Made by a program: the position numbers and the translations under genes. Shown piece by piece: positions 40,844 to 50,559 of a stretch of DNA of 64,000 bases; within the stretch, counting starts at the first letter, position 1, and every line of letters begins with the position of its first letter. The notes beneath the pieces are model-generated. The model saw only the letters and a list, made by a program, of their open reading frames with translations. It did not search any database and had not been told where the DNA came from. The stretch is from Actinomyces timonensis (lineage in GTDB: Bacteria; Actinomycetota; Actinomycetes; Actinomycetales; Actinomycetaceae): NCBI RefSeq assembly GCF_040702965.1, contig NZ_CP159989.1, positions 1,059,678-1,123,677 on the forward strand, read 5' to 3'.

Positions 40844-40864
40844 ATCGACCGACCGTCGGTCGAT
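40844..40864. promoter_or_regulatory. perfect 21-bp palindrome ATCGACCGAC-c-GTCGGTCGAT, candidate TetR operator in the tetR/ribF divergent region
   Basis: Read directly 41-61 bp upstream of the tetR start codon. Confidence 0.6.
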
Positions 40865-41023
40865 GGTATATGGGCGAGGGCCGCCCGGCGCTACCCCTCC
40901 GCCCGGGCGCCGCCCGGCACGCCCACTCCTCCCGGTTCGCGCCGTCGCCGCCTCCGTGGCAGGGTTGCCCCAGTCATGCAGGCCGGCCCGGTGGGGCCGC
41001 CCACCCGCGGGCGCCCGCCGGCC

Positions 41024-42073
41024 ATGAGAAGAGCAGGATCGCACCCGGTGGAGATCTGGTACGGCGCCGAGCAGGTGCCCGAGTCGCCGCGCGCCCCCGG
41101 CGGCGCCGCTAGCGCTGGAAGCGCCGTGACCGTCGGCGTCTTCGACGGCGTCCACCGCGGCCACCAGCGGATCCTCGCCCGCGTCGTCGAGCGCGCCCGC
41201 GCCCTGGGGCCCGGCTGCCTCGCGGTCGCCGTCACCTTCGACCCGCACCCCCTGACCGTCCACCGCCCCGGGATCGATCTGACGATGATCTCCTCCCTGC
41301 CCGACCGCCTCGAGGCCATGGCCGCCACCGGGCTGGACGCCGTCCTCGTCATCCCCTACACCCTGGGCTTCGCCGATCAGTCCCCCGAGGGCTTCGTGCG
41401 CGACTGGCTCGAGGGCCTCCTCGGCGCGCGGGCCGTCGTCGTCGGGGACGACGCGCGATTCGGCCGGGACAACTCCGGCGACGCCGACTCCCTGCGCGCC
41501 GTCGGCGCCGCCGACGGCGTCGAGATCGAGATCGTCCCCGAGGTCCTGGCCCCCGGCGGGCGGCGATGGTCCTCCACCTGGGCGCGCGAGTGCCTGGCCG
41601 CCGGGGACGTGCGCCAAGCCGCTGAGATCCTGGGGCGGCCCCATCGCGTGCGCGGCCTCGTCATCCACGGGCTGCGGCGCGGTCGCGAGCTCGGCTTCCC
41701 CACCGCCAACCTCGACGCCGCCACCGCTGGCGTCGTGCCCCCGGACGGCGTGTACGCCGGATGGCTCGTGCGAGGGGGGCGGGGCGGTGCCCCCGAGGGC
41801 GAGCGCCTGCCCGCCGCGATCTCGATCGGCACCAACCCCACCTTCGATGACGTCTCGGCCCGCGCCATCGAGGCCCACGTCCTCGGCCGGGCGGACCTCG
41901 ATCTTTACGGTGAGGACGTGGCCGTGGACTTCGTCACCCACCTGCGCCCCATGCTCGCCTTCGACTCCCTGGAGCCGCTGCTCGAGCGGATGCGACAGGA
42001 TGTCATCGAGACCGCCGGCGCCCTGGGCGTCCCCGTTCCCGGGCCCGTGCGCCCGCAGGACGTCACCGCCTGA
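41024..42073 (+). CDS. ribF: bifunctional riboflavin kinase / FMN adenylyltransferase
   Basis: 'VTVGVFDGVHRGHQRIL' nucleotidyltransferase motif and C-terminal 'GFPTANL...' riboflavin-kinase domain. Confidence 0.85.
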   Translation: MRRAGSHPVEIWYGAEQVPESPRAPGGAASAGSAVTVGVFDGVHRGHQRILARVVERARALGPGCLAVAVTFDPHPLTVHRPGIDLTMISSLPDRLEAMAATGLDAVLVIPYTLGFADQSPEGFVRDWLEGLLGARAVVVGDDARFGRDNSGDADSLRAVGAADGVEIEIVPEVLAPGGRRWSSTWARECLAAGDVRQAAEILGRPHRVRGLVIHGLRRGRELGFPTANLDAATAGVVPPDGVYAGWLVRGGRGGAPEGERLPAAISIGTNPTFDDVSARAIEAHVLGRADLDLYGEDVAVDFVTHLRPMLAFDSLEPLLERMRQDVIETAGALGVPVPGPVRPQDVTA

Positions 42074-42247
42074 GCGCGGCCCCGCCCGGAGGGGTCGCGC
42101 CTGCCCTGTGCTCGGCCCCACAGGCCCCGGGGAGGGGAGGGGAGTGGTCTGCTGGTACTGTTGGCGAGCCGTCGATCGGCCGCGGAATCGTCATGCCCGG
42201 GTGAACATGCCCCGGCGCTCCGCGCAACGAGAAGAAGGAGCCCGCAC

Positions 42248-42517
42248 ATGTCGGTCACCCCTGAGCGCAAGTCCGAGATCATCGCCGAGTACGCCACCCA
42301 CGAGGGTGACACGGGCTCCCCCGAGGTCCAGGTCGCCGTTCTCACCGAGCGCATCTCCAACCTCACCGAGCACTTCAAGACCCACACGCACGACCACCAC
42401 TCGCGCCGCGGCCTCTACCTGCTCATCGGTAAGCGCCGCCGCCTCCTCGACTACCTCATGAAGGAGGACATCGAGCGCTACCGCTCCCTCATCGCCCGCC
42501 TCGGCATCCGCCGCTGA
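42248..42517 (+). CDS. rpsO: 30S ribosomal protein S15
   Basis: 89 aa '[51 protein letters not shown]'. Confidence 0.9.
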   Translation: MSVTPERKSEIIAEYATHEGDTGSPEVQVAVLTERISNLTEHFKTHTHDHHSRRGLYLLIGKRRRLLDYLMKEDIERYRSLIARLGIRR

Positions 42518-42540
42518 GGCCCACGCCCGAGGCCTTCCGC

Positions 42541-42573
42541 CCGGCCCCGTCATCCCTCGGATGACGGGGCCGG
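42541..42573 (+). terminator. 15-bp perfect GC hairpin after rpsO
   Basis: CCGGCCCCGTCATCC-ctc-GGATGACGGGGCCGG. Confidence 0.7.
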
Positions 42574-42765
42574 GCGCGCTCGCGCTGATCCTGCCGCGCG
42601 CATCGGCGAGCGCGTCGACCGCGCGGCGGGGGAGCGGGCCCCGCGGGTCCCTGCCTCCCCCCTTCCCGCGGCGCGGCCCATCTCACGTGATGATTCCGGC
42701 CACCCGAGCGGGTCCCGGCATAGACTTTGCCTGCCATATCTTTGTGAGAAAGAGACACATCGACG
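42574..42765 (+). promoter_or_regulatory. pnp 5' leader; candidate Actino-pnp-type autoregulatory RNA element
   Basis: 192-bp untranslated region between the rpsO terminator and pnp, ending in an AU-richer stretch ctttgcctgccatatctttgtgagaaagagacacatcgacgATG; assignment by position only. Confidence 0.3.
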
Positions 42766-45172
42766 ATGTTCATTGATGACCCCGAGGTCACCGCCGCTGA
42801 GGCAGTGATCGACAACGGCTCCTTCGGCAAGCGCGTGATCCGCTTCGAGACCGGCCGCCTGGCCAAGCAGGCTGCGGGCAGCGCCATGGCCTACCTCGAC
42901 GGCGAGACCGCCATCCTGTCCGCCACCACCGTGGGCAAGCACCCCAAGGACCAGTTCGACTTCTTCCCGCTGACCGTGGATGTCGAGGAGCGCCAGTACG
43001 CCGCCGGCCGCATCCCCGGCTCCTTCTTCCGCCGCGAGGGCCGCGCCGGCACCTCCGCCGTCCTGGCCTGCCGCCTCATCGACCGCCCCCTGCGCCCCTC
43101 CTTCGTCAAGGGCCTGCGCAACGAGGTCCAGGTCGTCGAGACCGTCCTGGCCATCCACCCCGACGACGCCTACGACGTCCTGGCCATCAACGCGGCCTCC
43201 ATGTCCACCCAGATCGCGGGCCTGCCCTTCGCCGGCCCCGTGGCCGGCACCCGCCTGGCCCTCATCGACGGCCAGTGGGTGGCCTTCCCCCGCTGGTCCG
43301 AGCTTCGAGCGCGCCACCTTCAACATGGTCGTGGCCGGCCGCGTCCTGGAGGACGGCGACGTCGCCATCATGATGGTCGAGGCCGGCGGCACCGACAACA
43401 TGATGGACCTCATCGCCGCCGGCGCCACCGCTCCCACCGAGGCCGTCGTCGCCGAGGCCCTGGAGGCCGCCAAGCCGCACATCAAGGCCCTGTGCGAGGC
43501 CCAGATGGAGGTCGCTGAGCGCGCCTCCAAGCCCACCGCCGAGTTCTCCCTCTACCTGGACTACTCCGACGAGCAGTACGCCGCCGTCGAGAAGGCCGCC
43601 CAGGCCCACGGCCTCGCCGCCGCCATCGCCACCGAGGGCAAGCACGCCCGCGACGAGGCCGTCGACGCCGTCCGCGACCAGGTCCTGGCCGACCTCGCCG
43701 AGGCCTTCCCCGCCGAGGAGGACGCCAAGGCCCTCAAGGCCGCCTTCCGGTCCGTCACCAAGAAGGTCGTGCGCCACCGCACCCTCACCGAGGGCATCCG
43801 CATGGACGGCCGCGGCCTGAAGGACATCCGCACCCTGGGCGCCGAGGTCGAGGTCCTGCCCCGCGTCCACGGCTCGGCGATCTTCGAGCGCGGCGAGACC
43901 CAGATCCTGGGCGTCACCACGCTCAACATGCTGCGCATGGAGCAGCAGATCGACGACCTCTCGCCGGTCACCCACAAGCGCTACATGCACCAGTACGTCT
44001 TCCCGCCCTTCTCCACCGGTGAGACCGGCCGCGTCGGCGCCCCCAAGCGCCGCGAGATCGGCCACGGCGCGCTGGCCGAGCGGGCCCTCGTGCCCGTCCT
44101 GCCCAGCCGCGACGACTTCCCCTACGCCATCCGGCAGGTCTCCGAGGCCCTGGGCTCCAACGGCTCGACCTCCATGGGCTCGGTGTGCGCCTCGACCCTG
44201 TCGATGGCCCAGGCCGGCGTGCCGCTGCGCGACCGCGTGGCCGGCATCGCCATGGGCCTCATGCACGAGGTGATCGACGGCGAGACCAAGTGGGCCACCC
44301 TCACCGACATCCTCGGGTCCGAGGACGCCTTCGGCGACATGGACTTCAAGGTCGCCGGGACCCGTGACTTCATCACGGCCCTCCAGCTCGACACCAAGCT
44401 CGACGGCCTGCCCTCCGAGGTCCTCGCCGGCGCGCTCGGCCAGGCCCGCGACGCCCGCTTCCACATCCTCAACCTCATCGACGAGGCCCTGGGCGACGAG
44501 CCCTTCGAGATGGCCCCCACCGCCCCGCGCGTGCTGACCGTCAAGATCCCCGTCGACAAGATCGGCGAGGTCATCGGCCCCAAGGGCAAGATGATCAACC
44601 AGATCCAGGAGGACACCGGCGCGGACCTGACGGTCGAGGACGACGGCACGATCTACATCGGCGCCACCGACGGCCCGTCCGCCGAGGCCGCCCGCGAGGC
44701 CGTCAACGCCATCGCCAACCCGCAGATGCCCGAGATCGGCGAGCGCTTCATCGGCACGGTCGTCAAGACCACGACCTTCGGCGCCTTCGTGTCCCTGTCC
44801 CCGGGCAAGGACGGCCTTCTGCACATCTCGCAGATCCGCCGGCTCGTCGGCGGCAGGCGCGTGGAGAACGTCGAGGATGTCCTGGCGGTGGGCGACAAGG
44901 TCCAGGTCGAGCTCGCCGAGATCGACCCGCGCGGCAAGCTCAGCCTGCACGCCGTCCTCACCGAGGAGCAGCAGGCCGCGGAGGACGAGGCCCGCGCCCA
45001 ACGCGGCGAGCGCTCCGAGGGCGCTGAGCGCCGTGAGCGCCGGCCCCGCCGCGCCCGCGCCGCCTCCGCCGAGTCGGAGGACGCCGAGGCGGGCGAGGCC
45101 GAGGGGCCTGAGCGCCGTGAGCGCCGCCCGCGCCGCCGTCGCACCCGCACCGCGGAGGCCTCCGAGGACTGA
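42766..45172 (+). CDS. pnp: polyribonucleotide nucleotidyltransferase (PNPase), frame broken near 43304 (apparent 1-nt insertion)
   Basis: N-terminal 250 aa in ORF 42766-43518, remainder (second PH domain, KH, S1, acidic tail) in ORF 42980-45172; removing one t from gagcTTcgag gives ...[15 protein letters not shown]. Confidence 0.85.
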
Positions 45173-45270
45173 TCCTCTCGCGGTCAACCACTCCTGACGT
45201 TCCTCGCGCAGGCGGAGCATCACGCTCCGCCTGCGCGAGAAACATCTACCGGGGCGGTTAGGCTGCGCGG

Positions 45271-46659
45271 GTGACTGAGACGAGAACGAGCAAGACGGCC
45301 ATGGGAGCCAGGGCCGCGCGCAGCGGCGCCGACTACGCCGAGGTGGAGCTCATCCGCGCCAGCGCGGGAGCCCCCGGAACAGAGCTGAGCCTCACCGACG
45401 ACGGCGCCCGGCTGCGCCGCTCGATCCTGCCCGGGGGAGTGCGGGTCATCACCGAGCAGGTGCCCGGGCTGCGCTCGGCCGCGCTCGGCATGTGGCTCGG
45501 GGTGGGCTCGCGCGACGAGGCCCCCGGCCAGGAGGGCTCCACTCACTTCCTGGAGCACCTGTTGTTCAAGGGCACGCCAACGCGCGACGCGCGCGGCATC
45601 GCCGAGGCCTTCGACATCATCGGCGGGGAGTCCAATGCCGCCACCTCCAAGGAGCACACCTCCTACTACGCCCGCGTCCAGGGCGAGGACGCCCTGACCG
45701 CCCTGGACATCCTGGCCGACATGGTCACCTCCTCCCTCCTCGACCCAGCCGAGGTGGAGACCGAGCGCACCGTCATCGTCTCCGAGCTCGCCGACGCCGC
45801 CGACGACCCCCAGGACGTCGCGCAGGAGGCCTTCGCCCGCGCCGCCTTCGGCGAGGGCACCCCCTTGGGCCGGCCCATCGGCGGCACGCCCGCGACCGTG
45901 ACCGCCGTGCCCCGCGACGCCATCTGGGAGCACTACCGGCGCACCTACGCCTCCGACGCTCTCGTCGTGGCCGCGGCCGGCGCCGTCGACCACGACGAGA
46001 TCTGCGAGCGCGTGGCCGCCGACCTCGCCTTGGCTGGCTGGGACGCCTCGGCCGACGCCGTGCCGCGCCCCCGCCGCTTCGAGACCGAGGCGATCGTCGA
46101 TCTCGACGTCCACGACGTCACCGTCGAGCGCGATAGCGAGCAGAGCCATCTCTACCTCACCTGCCAGGGCATCCCCGTGCGCGACGAGCGCCGCTGGGCG
46201 ATGAGCGTGCTCACCACTGTCCTGGGCGGGGGCATGTCCTCACGCCTGTTCCAGGAGGTGCGCGAGAAGCGCGGCCTGGCCTACACGACGTACGCCTTCG
46301 ACGCCGCCTACGCGGGTTCGGGCGCCTTCGGCATGTACGCGGGCTGCGCCCCCGGGGACGCCCAGGAGGTCGCCGCCGTCATGGTGGGGGAGTTCGAGCG
46401 CCTGGCCGCCGACGGGATCACCGAGCACGAGCTCACCCGTGCCCGCGCCCAGCTGCGCGGCTCCATGGTGCTGGGCGGGGAGGACTCCCTGGCCCGCATG
46501 GGCCGCCTCGGCCGCGGCGAGGTGACCACGGCCCGCCTGCGCTCCATGGACGAGAACCTGCGGCTCCTGGAGGCCGTCACCGCCGAGGACGTGCGCGCCC
46601 TGGCGGCCTGGCTGGCCTCCCGGAGGCGCGCCCGGGTCCTCGTCGGGCCCGCTGCCTGA
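45271..46659 (+). CDS. M16-family (pitrilysin/insulinase-like) zinc peptidase
   Basis: 'EGSTHFLEHLLFKGT' HxxEH inverted zincin motif; typically downstream of pnp in actinobacteria. Confidence 0.8.
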   Translation: MTETRTSKTAMGARAARSGADYAEVELIRASAGAPGTELSLTDDGARLRRSILPGGVRVITEQVPGLRSAALGMWLGVGSRDEAPGQEGSTHFLEHLLFKGTPTRDARGIAEAFDIIGGESNAATSKEHTSYYARVQGEDALTALDILADMVTSSLLDPAEVETERTVIVSELADAADDPQDVAQEAFARAAFGEGTPLGRPIGGTPATVTAVPRDAIWEHYRRTYASDALVVAAAGAVDHDEICERVAADLALAGWDASADAVPRPRRFETEAIVDLDVHDVTVERDSEQSHLYLTCQGIPVRDERRWAMSVLTTVLGGGMSSRLFQEVREKRGLAYTTYAFDAAYAGSGAFGMYAGCAPGDAQEVAAVMVGEFERLAADGITEHELTRARAQLRGSMVLGGEDSLARMGRLGRGEVTTARLRSMDENLRLLEAVTAEDVRALAAWLASRRRARVLVGPAA

Positions 46660-46728
46660 GGGCCAAGGGGCCCGCCAGCCCGCGGCCACGTCCGGCGGCA
46701 CGTGGGAGCGGCTGCGTAGACTGCCGGC

Positions 46729-47481
46729 ATGATGATTCGTGTTGCCGTTGTCGGCGCCGCCGGGCGCATGGGGTCCACCGTCTGCCAGGCCGTCGAGGAG
46801 GCCGAGGGCCTTGAGCTCGTCGCCCGCCTCGACGCCGGTGATGAGATCACCCCCGAGGCCCTCGCCGGAGCGGGCGTCGCCATCGACTTCACCGTGCCCA
46901 CCGTCACCGAGGCCAACGTCCACGCCCTCATCGACGCCGGCCTCGACGTCGTCGTCGGCACCACCGGCTGGGACGAGGAGTCCTACGGGCGCGTGCGCGA
47001 GCACCTGGCCCGCCCCGAGGCGGCCGGGCGCAGCGTCCTCATCGCTCCCAACTTCGCGCTCTCGGCCGTCCTGGCCATGCGCTTCGCCGCCATGGCCGCC
47101 CCCTACTTCGAGTCCGTCGAGGTCATCGAGCTGCACCACCCGAACAAGGTCGACGCCCCCTCCGGCACCGCCGTCGCCACCGCGCGGGGCATCGCCGCCG
47201 CCCGCGCCGAGGCGGGCCTCGCCCCCTCGCCCGACGCCACAGAGTCCGACCCCCTGGGCACGCGCGGCGGCGTCATCGACGGCGTCCACGTCCACGCGGT
47301 GCGCCTGCGGGGCCTGACCGCGCACGAGGAGGTCGTGCTGGGCAACCCGGGCGAGCAGCTCACCATCCGCACCGACTGCTTCGACCGGGCGAGCTTCATG
47401 CCCGGCGTCGTCCTGGCCGTGCGCGAGATCGGCTCCCGCGAGGGCCTCACGATCGGCCTGGAGAACCTCCTTGGCCTCTGA
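46729..47481 (+). CDS. dapB: 4-hydroxy-tetrahydrodipicolinate reductase
   Basis: 'MIRVAVVGAAGRMGSTV' NAD(P)-binding N-terminus, 'ELHHPNKVDAPSGTA' signature. Confidence 0.9.
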   Translation: MMIRVAVVGAAGRMGSTVCQAVEEAEGLELVARLDAGDEITPEALAGAGVAIDFTVPTVTEANVHALIDAGLDVVVGTTGWDEESYGRVREHLARPEAAGRSVLIAPNFALSAVLAMRFAAMAAPYFESVEVIELHHPNKVDAPSGTAVATARGIAAARAEAGLAPSPDATESDPLGTRGGVIDGVHVHAVRLRGLTAHEEVVLGNPGEQLTIRTDCFDRASFMPGVVLAVREIGSREGLTIGLENLLGL

Positions 47482-47639
47482 CGCGGGTCGAAAGTGGCGA
47501 GGTTTGAGGATTGCTCGCCCGCAGATGGGCCCGGAATGCCCGAGTCTCGAATGAGGCCACGCTCTGACCTGCGCTCACATGCGATGTGACAGCATGTCAG
47601 AAAAAGGAATCCTCAAACCGCGCCATGTCACGCGATGAG
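47482..47639. other. lower-GC intergenic region with nested palindromes between convergent dapB and a GNAT gene (candidate structured RNA, protein-binding sites or miniature inverted-repeat element)
   Basis: 19-bp imperfect inverted repeat GGCGAGGTTTGAGGATTGC (47496-47514) / GGAATCCTCAAACCGCGCC (47607-47625); internal TCACAT-gcg-ATGTGA (47575-47589) and TGACA-gca-TGTCA (47587-47599). Confidence 0.35.
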
Positions 47640-48326
47640 TCAGATGGCAGCGGCCCAGCAGTCCTCGATGACGCCATCGCCGATCGGCAGCTCGCGCCGC
47701 ATCCCCGTGGGAGCCATCCCCACCGCCGTGAGCAGCCTGGACATCGACTCATCCCCGCGCACCGCCCACACGCTCACCGCGCCCGCCCCGTCCGCACGGG
47801 TCAAGTCCACCGCCGCCGCCATGAGCCGCGAGCCGTGCCCGAGCCGCTGGTGCTCCGGCGCCACCCCGATCGCCGTCACCTCCACCGCCTCGGCTCCGGC
47901 CACTGGCCGCCCGGAATCGTCAAGGCCCTGCGTGGGGGCGAGCCCCACCAGCCCCACCACCAGGGCCCCCCGCGTGGCCACGAGGACGTGGTGCCGCGGG
48001 CTCGGTGGTGCGGTCACCGGCTCCTCCCAGCCCGCCGCCACCACGGGTGCCGCGATCATCGCCCGCACGCCGTCGGGCAGGCCCGCGCCACCGTGAGCGC
48101 TGGCGTGGCCCGCCTCCATGGAGGCCAGCATGGTCGCCGCGTGGACCCTCCCGATCAGAGGCAGGTCCGACTCCCGCGCAGGGCGCACGAAGCCCGCCGG
48201 CTCCGCGACCGGCTCAGCCGCCTCCTCCGCAGCGTCCCGCCCTCCCACAGGCCCCCCGCTCAGCCCGGAGGCGGGATCAGCGTCGAAGACGGAAGGCGCG
48301 TGGCGCCGCTCGTTGCTCTCACTCAT
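47640..48326 (-). CDS. GNAT-family N-acetyltransferase
   Basis: 'VTAIGVAPEHQRLGHGSRLMAAAVDL' motif A; start at Met 'MSESNERR' chosen. Confidence 0.65.
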   Translation of the reverse strand: MSESNERRHAPSVFDADPASGLSGGPVGGRDAAEEAAEPVAEPAGFVRPARESDLPLIGRVHAATMLASMEAGHASAHGGAGLPDGVRAMIAAPVVAAGWEEPVTAPPSPRHHVLVATRGALVVGLVGLAPTQGLDDSGRPVAGAEAVEVTAIGVAPEHQRLGHGSRLMAAAVDLTRADGAGAVSVWAVRGDESMSRLLTAVGMAPTGMRRELPIGDGVIEDCWAAAI

Positions 48327-48641
48327 GAGCGCGAGCCTATCGCCGAGCCCTCCCCGCAGGACCCGGCCTGACCATGGTGGTCGGCGGTCGGCGCCAGGAA
48401 CGGGCTCGAGCGCCCCAGCCTGAGGAGGCGGCGAATGATCCACGCCACCGCCCGCATCGGGGTCGGCCCCGTGGTCGGCGGCACGCGAGGAGCGTGGCCA
48501 GCGGCCGCCGCTTCGAGGCGCGCGTGGTCGGGCGCGGCAGGGCCCCGGTCGGGGCATGCGCCGGGGCCATCACCGCGGTCAGGATGAGTTAGGCCCTGAG
48601 ACGCCCTGTCCTAGGCGCGTGATCGCCGTTACCCTCAGGGC

Positions 48642-49544
48642 ATGACCCAGAGCACTCTGCCCCCGCGCTCCTTCGGCTCCGTCGGCGTCGCCATGGTCAC
48701 GCCCTTCACCCCCGAGGGTGAGATCGACGTCCCCGCCGCCCAGTCCCTGGCCGTCTCCCTCGTCGACGACGGCGCCGACCTCATCCTCTTGGCCGGGACC
48801 ACCGGGGAGGCCCCCACCACCCATCTGCCCGAGAAGCAGACCCTCCTGCGCGAGGTCAAGGACGCCCTCGCCGGGCGCGCCATGCTGATGGCCGGCGCCG
48901 GCTCCAACGACACCGCTCACGCCGTGCGCATCGGCGCGGGCAGCCAGGCCGCGGGCGCCGAGGGCCTGCTCATCAACGCCCCCTACTACAACCGCCCCAG
49001 CCAGGAGGGCGTCTACCAGCACATCATGGCCGTCGTCGAGGCCACTGACCTGCCCGTCATGGTCTACGACATCCCCGGCCGCACCGGTGTGCGCATCACC
49101 GACGACACCCTCGCGCACCTGGCCGAGCACCCCCGGGTGCTGGCCGTCAAGGACGCCACCGGCGATGTCGAGCAGGGCTTCCGCCGCATGGAGGCCACCG
49201 GCCTGGAGTACTACTCGGGGGATGACGGCCTCAACTTCGCCTGGCTCGCCCACGGCGCCAGCGGCGTCATCTCAGTGGTGGCCCACGCGGATGCGCACTC
49301 CTGGCGCGAGATGATCACCGAGGTCGACGAGGGGGACCTCGCCGGGGCCCGCGCCGTCGCCCAGCGCATGCGCCCGCTCGTCGGCGCCATCATGGGAGGC
49401 GGCCAGGGGGCCGTCATGGCCAAGGAGGCCCTCCTCCTCCAGGGGCGCATCCCCAGCGCCACCCTGCGCCTGCCGCTCGTGCGCGCCTCCGCCGAGGAGA
49501 TCGACGCCCTGCGTGCGGCCCTGGCCGCCTCCGGCCTTCTGTAA
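48642..49544 (+). CDS. dapA: 4-hydroxy-tetrahydrodipicolinate synthase
   Basis: 'VGVAMVTPFTPEGEID', 'LAGTTGEAPT', 'YNRPSQEG', catalytic Lys in 'VLAVKDATGD'. Confidence 0.9.
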   Translation: MTQSTLPPRSFGSVGVAMVTPFTPEGEIDVPAAQSLAVSLVDDGADLILLAGTTGEAPTTHLPEKQTLLREVKDALAGRAMLMAGAGSNDTAHAVRIGAGSQAAGAEGLLINAPYYNRPSQEGVYQHIMAVVEATDLPVMVYDIPGRTGVRITDDTLAHLAEHPRVLAVKDATGDVEQGFRRMEATGLEYYSGDDGLNFAWLAHGASGVISVVAHADAHSWREMITEVDEGDLAGARAVAQRMRPLVGAIMGGGQGAVMAKEALLLQGRIPSATLRLPLVRASAEEIDALRAALAASGLL

Positions 49545-49610
49545 GAGCCCAAGCGCGGCGACCGTCACCGCGGCAACCGCCTCAACCGCCCCACCGCGAG
49601 AAAGACCCTC

Positions 49611-50492
49611 ATGGACACCGCTCCATCCGCCCCTGAGATCCCCACCACCACCCTCAACAACGGCGTCGCCATGCCGGTCATCGGCTACGGCGTCTTCCGC
49701 ACCCCGCCCGAGGAGACCGAGCGGGCCGTGCGCGAGGCCATCGAGGTCGGCTACCGCTCGATCGACACCGCGCAGGCGTACCGCAACGAGGAGGGCGTGG
49801 GGGCCGCCGTCGCCGCCTGCGGCATCCCCCGCGAGGACCTGTTCCTCACCACGAAGATCTGGTTCTCCAACGCCGGCGAGGACACGGCCGCCCGCTCGAT
49901 CGACGCCTCCCTGCGACGCCTGGGCGCCGACTACGTCGACCTCCTCCTCGTCCACCAGCCCTTCGGCGACTACTACGGCGCCTACCGCGCCATGGAGGCC
50001 GCCCTCGAGGCCGGCAAGGCCCGCGCCATCGGCGTGTCCAACTTCTTCCCGGACCGCTTCGTCGACCTGGCCCAGAACGTCGATGTCGCCCCGGCCGTCA
50101 ACCAGATGGAGACCCACGTCTTCAACCAGCAGGCGGCCTCCCGCCCCTGGTGCGCGAAGTACGGCACCGCCCTGGAGTCCTGGGGGCCGCTCGCCCAGGG
50201 CCGCAAGGGCATCTTCACCCACCCGGTGCTCACCGCCATCGGGGAGGCCCACGGCAAGACCGCCGCCCAGGTGGCCCTGCGCTACCTGCTGCAGCGCGAT
50301 GTCATCATCATCCCCAAGTCCGCGCACCGCGACCGCATGGTCGCCAACCTCGACATCCTCGACTTCTCCCTGGCCGGGGAGGAGATGGACGCCGTCGCCG
50401 CCCTCGACGAGGCGACGCCGCTGACCACCAACCACTATGACCCCGAGTTCGCCCTGGGCCTCCTGGAGCGCTACCGCATCCCCAGGGACTGA
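49611..50492 (+). CDS. aldo/keto reductase (2,5-diketo-D-gluconate reductase-like)
   Basis: 'LNNGVAMPVIGYGVFR', 'GYRSIDTAQAYRNEEGVG', 'IPKSAHRDRMVANLDI' AKR signatures. Confidence 0.85.
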   Translation: MDTAPSAPEIPTTTLNNGVAMPVIGYGVFRTPPEETERAVREAIEVGYRSIDTAQAYRNEEGVGAAVAACGIPREDLFLTTKIWFSNAGEDTAARSIDASLRRLGADYVDLLLVHQPFGDYYGAYRAMEAALEAGKARAIGVSNFFPDRFVDLAQNVDVAPAVNQMETHVFNQQAASRPWCAKYGTALESWGPLAQGRKGIFTHPVLTAIGEAHGKTAAQVALRYLLQRDVIIIPKSAHRDRMVANLDILDFSLAGEEMDAVAALDEATPLTTNHYDPEFALGLLERYRIPRD

Positions 50493-50559
50493 CTGGGCTG
50501 ACGGGGCTGGGGCCGCTGGCCGGCCGCGGGCCGCCGATCGCCATCGTCCGGGCGCGCCC

